In this document: positions 58,880-64,000 of the stretch, one piece after another | Position numbering within the stretch: the stretch's first letter is position 1 | Layout: each line of letters starts with the position of its first letter | IMG/VR virus record: IMGVR_UViG_3300025401_000016 | Location: 36,828-100,827 of that record | DNA from: a virus | Length of the DNA stretch: 64,000 nucleotides | Strand: one strand, 5' to 3' | Position numbers and translations under genes: made by a program | Notes under the pieces: model-generated | Told to the model about the DNA's origin: nothing | Database searches by the model: none | What the model saw: only the letters and a program-made list of their open reading frames with translations

Positions 58880-60330
58880 AAACATGTAAGTTAATCATCA
58901 AAGATGAAGTGAATATAAAACTAGAGGGTTTAGAATTAGCTGAACGTAAAGCATTGATGAAAATGTTTGAATACGAAAAACCAGGTGCAAGATATCTCCC
59001 TGCAGTACGTCTAGGTCGTTGGAATGGAAAGATAAGTTTCTTTAGTTTAGGTGGTAGTTCATACATGAATCTATTGCCTAAAATATTACCTGTATTAGAT
59101 AATGCAAACTATGAAATCGAATTAGAAGACCTTCGTGATTATGTAACAAACTTTGAATTCTCTGAAGTGTCCGAATCTACATTTAGTCACAAGAATTGGC
59201 CTAAAGGTCATCCTAAAGAAGGTGAACCTATTAAGTTACGTGACTATCAAATTCAAATCGTTAACAACTTTTTAGAGAATCCTCAGAGTGTACAAGAAAT
59301 TGCAACAGGAGCAGGCAAGACAATCATGACTGCCGCTTTATCATATAGCATAGAACAATATGGTAGATCAATTGTGATTGTACCTAATAAAAGCCTTGTT
59401 ACACAAACAGAAGATGATTATAAAAATCTTGGATTAGATGTGGGCGTATACTTCGGTGATAGAAAAGAATATGGTAAAACACATACTATTTGTACCTGGC
59501 AGAGTCTTAATAATATGCTTAAGAATACTAAAAGTGGGGAGGCTGAGGTAGAGATAGGTGACTTCTTAGAGGGTGTTGTTTGTGTAATGGTTGATGAGGT
59601 GCACATGGCTAAGGCTGATGCATTGAAAGAATTATTAACAGGTGTGATGAGTAAGATACCAATTCGTTGGGGACTAACTGGTACTATACCTAAAGAGATT
59701 TTCAACAGTCAAGCTATCTATATAAGTTTAGGTGATTTGATTAACAAACTAAGTGCAAGTGAATTACAAGATAGAGGTGTATTGGCACAATGTCATGTGA
59801 ATATTGTACAATTACAAGATAAGGCTGAGTTCAGTAATTACCAAAGTGAATTGAAGCATCTACTAGAAAATACATTGCGATTAGATACAATGGCACAATT
59901 GATATTGAAAATTAAAGATACAGGCAACACACTTGTATTAGTGGATAGAGTTAATGCAGGTAAAGAATTAATTACTAGATTACCTGATGCAGTCTTTGTA
60001 AGTGGTGAAACAAGTTTAACCGAAAGAAAAGAAGAGTATGATGAAATTGCAACTAGTACTGGTAAGATTATTGTGGCGACTTACGGTGTGGCCGCTGTTG
60101 GTATTAATCTCCCTAGGATTTTTAATCTGGTTCTTATTGAGCCCGGAAAAAGCTTTGTTAGGGTTATACAATCAATTGGGCGAGGCATTAGAAAAGCAGA
60201 AGACAAAGACTTTGTACAAATATGGGATATCACAAGTAGTTGTAAATTTGCAAAGAGACATTTAACCAAAAGAAAAGAGTTTTATCGTGAAGCAAACTAT
60301 CCATTTGATATTGAAAAACTCAAATATTAA
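58876..60330 (+). CDS. uvsW: UvsW-like SF2 DNA helicase
   Basis: LRDYQ, ATGAGKT, VDEVH, GLTGT, QSIGRGIR. Confidence 0.92.
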   Translation: MKTCKLIIKDEVNIKLEGLELAERKALMKMFEYEKPGARYLPAVRLGRWNGKISFFSLGGSSYMNLLPKILPVLDNANYEIELEDLRDYVTNFEFSEVSESTFSHKNWPKGHPKEGEPIKLRDYQIQIVNNFLENPQSVQEIATGAGKTIMTAALSYSIEQYGRSIVIVPNKSLVTQTEDDYKNLGLDVGVYFGDRKEYGKTHTICTWQSLNNMLKNTKSGEAEVEIGDFLEGVVCVMVDEVHMAKADALKELLTGVMSKIPIRWGLTGTIPKEIFNSQAIYISLGDLINKLSASELQDRGVLAQCHVNIVQLQDKAEFSNYQSELKHLLENTLRLDTMAQLILKIKDTGNTLVLVDRVNAGKELITRLPDAVFVSGETSLTERKEEYDEIATSTGKIIVATYGVAAVGINLPRIFNLVLIEPGKSFVRVIQSIGRGIRKAEDKDFVQIWDITSSCKFAKRHLTKRKEFYREANYPFDIEKLKY

Positions 60331-60345
60331 TGCTATAATACACAT

Positions 60346-60849
60346 ATGAGAATACTTCAATTAGACAATAACAGATATTTTAACTTAGAAACATTACCAG
60401 ATGAAATAGATGATCTACGTTTTGCAATTCTAGATAATAGTAATCCTACTAATGTTGACTATCACTATATACCTTTGATCTTTTTAGAAAGTTTCAATAG
60501 TCCTGCAGTAGTACTTAGGGTAGGAAATCGCACAATTAAAATGCCAGTAGATTGGCAAATACTTATTGGTGAACCTGATATAGGAGATTTAGAAACATTA
60601 CCACTGACCAGTATTAATGACAGGGGTTTTAAGGCATATGAGTTTAATCCATTGAGTGCATTTAGACCTAGCTTTTTAGACATTGAGATTGTAGATATCT
60701 ACCACGATGTTACGTGGTATGCTCCTAGATTAAAGAATGGGCAGTTTCTATGTGTACCTATAGATGACGATGATAAACCTCGTTGTGTTTATTTTGTTAA
60801 AGAGATTAGTCGTAATTGTGAAGTAGTAGATTATCATCAGGCATTCTAA
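60346..60849 (+). CDS. Conserved hypothetical phage protein
   Basis: 167 aa; sigma70-like promoter upstream. Confidence 0.7.
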   Translation: MRILQLDNNRYFNLETLPDEIDDLRFAILDNSNPTNVDYHYIPLIFLESFNSPAVVLRVGNRTIKMPVDWQILIGEPDIGDLETLPLTSINDRGFKAYEFNPLSAFRPSFLDIEIVDIYHDVTWYAPRLKNGQFLCVPIDDDDKPRCVYFVKEISRNCEVVDYHQAF

Positions 60850-61442
60850 TGGCAACAAAAAGCAAAACTCCCACTGACGAAAAATTTGAAAGTCAAGACC
60901 TTGATTTGTTTGATGCACTGTTGGCATTGGATAAAAAAGATTATACATATTTGGATAGATTAACTGATGAGCAAAGAAAGAAATTTTCTCACTACATGAT
61001 GACACAGTGGATGAGTTGCGTTAAAACAAATAATTCAGAAATTGAACAATATTATGTAATGAGTGTTGATGCTGCATCAAATACACATATGTTCAATGAA
61101 CACGTGATGAAACATCCTAAACTGCAATGGTTAATGTTGTGTGCAAGTAGTCCGGGGTTAGGTAAACAATTTCATCAATACTTACCGCAGATAAAAAAGA
61201 AAGTTGCATTATTAGAAGAACCTGCTACCGAGAAAGATATTTTTGAATATTTCAAAAAGATATATTCTACTATTAGTGAATCTGATGCAAAGTTGATGGC
61301 TAAAACATACACATTAGAACAGAGAAAAAAAGCTTATATTGCAAAACAATATCCAAACATGAAATTCAATGATATTGAAGTACTAAGTAACATAATTGAT
61401 GAAAAAGACATTGAAAAATACGAAAGAGACAACGGCAACTGA
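60849..61442 (+). CDS. Putative clamp-loader small subunit (gp62-like)
   Basis: FSHYMMTQWMS...HPKLQWLML pattern; replication gene context. Confidence 0.5.
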   Translation: MATKSKTPTDEKFESQDLDLFDALLALDKKDYTYLDRLTDEQRKKFSHYMMTQWMSCVKTNNSEIEQYYVMSVDAASNTHMFNEHVMKHPKLQWLMLCASSPGLGKQFHQYLPQIKKKVALLEEPATEKDIFEYFKKIYSTISESDAKLMAKTYTLEQRKKAYIAKQYPNMKFNDIEVLSNIIDEKDIEKYERDNGN

Positions 61443-62112
61443 TTACAGTTGTGAATTTTGCAATGCAAAATTTGCAAGAGAACGTACCGTATTAAGTCAC
61501 ATTTGTGAGACAAAGAATCGTTGGCTACACAAAGACAACCAAAGCAATCGTATTGCATTTCAAGTTTTTACCACATTCTATACCAAACATAGCCCAACTA
61601 AACAACAAAAAACATATAGAGATTTTATAAAGAGTCCATATTATATGGCATTTATTAAGTTTGCAAATTATTGTATTGATGTTAAGTGTATAAACATACT
61701 TAGATTTAGTGAATGGTTGTTAAAAAACAATATCAAGATTGATAATTGGAATACTGATAGTAACTATACTAAATTCATTTTAGATCATTTAAAAACAGAA
61801 GATCCTTTCGATGCAGTTAAACGTAGTATTGAATACTGTATGGATATGTGTGTAAGTGAAAATTTACAACATCATGATTATTTGAGATACGGAAATCCAA
61901 ATAAAATCTGCCATGCAATCGCAACTGGTAGGATTAGTCCATGGCTGTTGTATTGTAGTGAGAGCGGTGTCCGTTTACTAGATACATTAAATCCGGATCA
62001 TGTTAAAATAGTTATTGATTACATAAAACCAGAACAATGGGCATTGAGATTTCATCGTGAACCAGACATAACAAACCAAGTTAAACAATTACTTAAAGAT
62101 GCGAGATATTGA
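61396..62112 (+). CDS. Hypothetical protein with N-terminal zinc-finger-like motif
   Basis: YSCEFCNAKF...HIC; start uncertain. Confidence 0.65.
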   Translation: MMKKTLKNTKETTATDYSCEFCNAKFARERTVLSHICETKNRWLHKDNQSNRIAFQVFTTFYTKHSPTKQQKTYRDFIKSPYYMAFIKFANYCIDVKCINILRFSEWLLKNNIKIDNWNTDSNYTKFILDHLKTEDPFDAVKRSIEYCMDMCVSENLQHHDYLRYGNPNKICHAIATGRISPWLLYCSESGVRLLDTLNPDHVKIVIDYIKPEQWALRFHREPDITNQVKQLLKDARY

Positions 62113-62420
62113 TGTTAATAGGTGATCCATATACTACAGTAGAGGCTGCTCAACGATTCATTAGATTATTTAATGGTGGGTATTATAACAATATGACAAG
62201 AGGAAAAACTAAAATCATTTGGCATAGACTTCCGGGTTATAAGTTGAAAGCAACCTGGAACCCAGGTCCTAGAGGATTTGAATATGGTATCAGAGAAGAA
62301 GACATGGTACCTATACAAGAATGGTGTGAGAAAAACAATTGCGGTGTGCGAACAAGTTTTGACACATGGAAGTTTAAGAAACCTGAAGATATGACATTCT
62401 TTTTATTGAAGTGGGAATGA
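62112..62420 (+). CDS. Small paralog-family protein 1
   Basis: EWCEKN...WKFKKPEDMTFFLLKWE. Confidence 0.7.
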   Translation: MLIGDPYTTVEAAQRFIRLFNGGYYNNMTRGKTKIIWHRLPGYKLKATWNPGPRGFEYGIREEDMVPIQEWCEKNNCGVRTSFDTWKFKKPEDMTFFLLKWE

Positions 62421-62536
62421 TGTACATTATAGATAAAACCAAAACAATTAAACTACCATATGAGCCGGGCTTGCTTGAATGGTTGCACGAACACTATCCT
62501 TATTCAAAATATTGTATAGTAAATGATAACAAATAA
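62417..62536 (+). CDS. 39-aa hypothetical protein (not in ORF track)
   Basis: ATGA-coupled; MMYIIDKTKTIKLPYEPGLLEWLHEHYPYSKY... Confidence 0.5.
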   Translation: MMYIIDKTKTIKLPYEPGLLEWLHEHYPYSKYCIVNDNK

Positions 62537-62840
62537 TGAAATATATCAAATTGCCTATCCCGAACTCTATGAGTTAGCGGAAGAGAAGGGTTGGCGTATA
62601 GATAATTATCACCGTAAAGACTTTAATCATGATAAGCCAGGTTGGTATCATATTGATTTATTTGAAACAGATATCGGTACATCTAAGCTAGATGAGTTGC
62701 AGAAAGATGTAGTACAATGGTTGTATGAAACAGTTGATAATTGTGAAAAGCATTGTAGATGGTATAGAACACAGGAGGGTATGTGTTTGAAGTTTAGGTA
62801 TGAGAGAGATTACATTTGGTTTAAGTTGAAGTGGTTATGA
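62523..62840 (+). CDS. Small paralog-family protein 2
   Basis: VQWLYE...LKFRYERDYIWFKLKWL. Confidence 0.7.
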   Translation: MITNNEIYQIAYPELYELAEEKGWRIDNYHRKDFNHDKPGWYHIDLFETDIGTSKLDELQKDVVQWLYETVDNCEKHCRWYRTQEGMCLKFRYERDYIWFKLKWL

Positions 62841-63142
62841 CAACACATGCAGTTATAAACGTTGACATAAACGAAATACTATATTTGAAAGATATCATGG
62901 ATCGTGGTAGACATGAATTGATATGTAGTACTGGTAAATACTTTGGCAAAAAGTATTATACAGTTAAACCAGTTGGTTGGATCAACTGGAGTGAGATGGA
63001 ACTTTGGTGTGAACAAACATTTGGAAAGATGGGTGATATTTGGGATCCTAAAAAGCCCTTCATTCGTTGGACTGCCAATGATGCTATGTTTTGGTTTTGT
63101 GAAGAAAAAGATCGTGAGTGGTTTATACTGAGATGGTCATGA
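62837..63142 (+). CDS. Small paralog-family protein 3
   Basis: LWCEQTFG...FWFCEEKDREWFILRWS. Confidence 0.7.
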   Translation: MTTHAVINVDINEILYLKDIMDRGRHELICSTGKYFGKKYYTVKPVGWINWSEMELWCEQTFGKMGDIWDPKKPFIRWTANDAMFWFCEEKDREWFILRWS

Positions 63143-63345
63143 TAGAGGCTGAAGTGCATGTACCAAATACGGTTAATATCTCCAGGATGGTAGATTGGTG
63201 TTGTAAAAACATTGGCGGAGAAGCACCAACCAAAGACACAGTTGACGATGATAGACCTTTTCATTGGAATATGAATTTTCGTGATGCAATCTTTTACTTT
63301 GCCCGTGGCCAAGATGCCACATGGTTTACTTTGATGTGGCTATGA
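63139..63345 (+). CDS. Small paralog-family protein 4
   Basis: DWCCKNIG...FYFARGQDATWFTLMWL. Confidence 0.7.
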   Translation: MIEAEVHVPNTVNISRMVDWCCKNIGGEAPTKDTVDDDRPFHWNMNFRDAIFYFARGQDATWFTLMWL

Positions 63346-63566
63346 CAGATGTGTTTGAAGAGTGGAAGTCTCAAAAGTTTATTATTGCTGATCCAGGTAT
63401 GTTTTGGGGTCAATATATAGTTGTGTTAACTGATATTGATTACTGGCTTGACAATTATGTTGATTTAGTTAATTGGTGTAAAGAGCATAATGGGGAAGTT
63501 AGCGGCATGACAGTAGAATTCCCTGATGATGCATCACTAATGTTTTTTGTATTGAGATGGTCATGA
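63342..63566 (+). CDS. Small paralog-family protein 5
   Basis: NWCKEH...VEFPDDASLMFFVLRWS. Confidence 0.7.
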   Translation: MTDVFEEWKSQKFIIADPGMFWGQYIVVLTDIDYWLDNYVDLVNWCKEHNGEVSGMTVEFPDDASLMFFVLRWS

Positions 63567-63778
63567 ATAAAACTAAAATCACTATACGTGGTAATTATGA
63601 TGAAATCATATACACATTAGACGGGCATGTGGGTAAATTGTTGCATAGTCACCCTTTGATATTTTGGCACGGTGATGGATGGCATATGAAAAGTGTAAGA
63701 AATAATGAAGGGTGGCCTGCATATGAAATTGAGTTTGATAATGAATATGATTCTACGATGTTTATGTTGAGGCTATAA
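63563..63778 (+). CDS. Small paralog-family protein 6
   Basis: IEFDNEYDSTMFMLRL. Confidence 0.7.
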   Translation: MNKTKITIRGNYDEIIYTLDGHVGKLLHSHPLIFWHGDGWHMKSVRNNEGWPAYEIEFDNEYDSTMFMLRL

Positions 63779-64000
63779 TGTTTAAGATACCAATTAGTAT
63801 GCCTCATCCTCATTTTGATAACTCATTGATGCATAATCGTCAAGAGATTAAGCGTGATACTATTCAAAATACACACAATAGCAAAGTACATGAATATCAA
63901 AAAGTGCAAAATGATAATTGGCATGCCAAACGTAGGAGTATCTCAAACTATCACGAGTACCAAGACTATCTAGCAATCAATCAATACTTAAACTTAAAAC
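63778..64000 (+). CDS. Hypothetical protein, 3'-partial
   Basis: TAATG-coupled ORF (MFKIPISMPHPHF...) open to window end. Confidence 0.55.
   Translation, partial: MFKIPISMPHPHFDNSLMHNRQEIKRDTIQNTHNSKVHEYQKVQNDNWHAKRRSISNYHEYQDYLAINQYLNLK

Noticed and set aside
1-64000. Alternative genetic code, CRISPR array, reverse transcriptase/DGR or integrase
   Set aside because: Long ORFs are intact under the standard code with all three stops in use; no repeat-spacer array, RT or recombinase motif seen by eye.

Overview
An AT-rich, gene-dense segment of a large T4-superfamily-like (myovirus/jumbo-type) bacteriophage genome, read with the standard code and almost entirely on the + strand. Order: (1-25.5 kb) virion structural block with a >5,100-aa giant protein, fibre/adhesin genes and a fibre carrying an inserted alpha/beta-hydrolase; (25.8-26.1 kb) a circularly permuted, two-piece tmRNA gene with tag ANDSVFQLAA; (26.3-30.3 kb) an island of host-like genes (DUF4214 surface protein, fatty-acid desaturase, outer-membrane beta-barrel, rubrerythrin, rubredoxin); (30.8-37.3 kb) sigma70-promoter genes including a MoxR ATPase/VWA-peptidase pair, then thymidylate synthase; (37.3-42 kb) spanin-like/lipoprotein envelope genes and a secreted non-specific nuclease; (42-52.3 kb) late genes including a terminase large subunit fractured into two genes by an atypically split intein with a free-standing HNH endonuclease between the halves; (52.5-62.1 kb) gp32, UvsX, UvsY, UvsW and other replication/recombination genes; (62.1-64 kb) a translationally coupled array of small paralogous proteins sharing a C-terminal motif and a DNA junction motif. 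The host is probably a Gram-negative proteobacterium (inference). All family assignments come from motif recognition by eye, not database searches.
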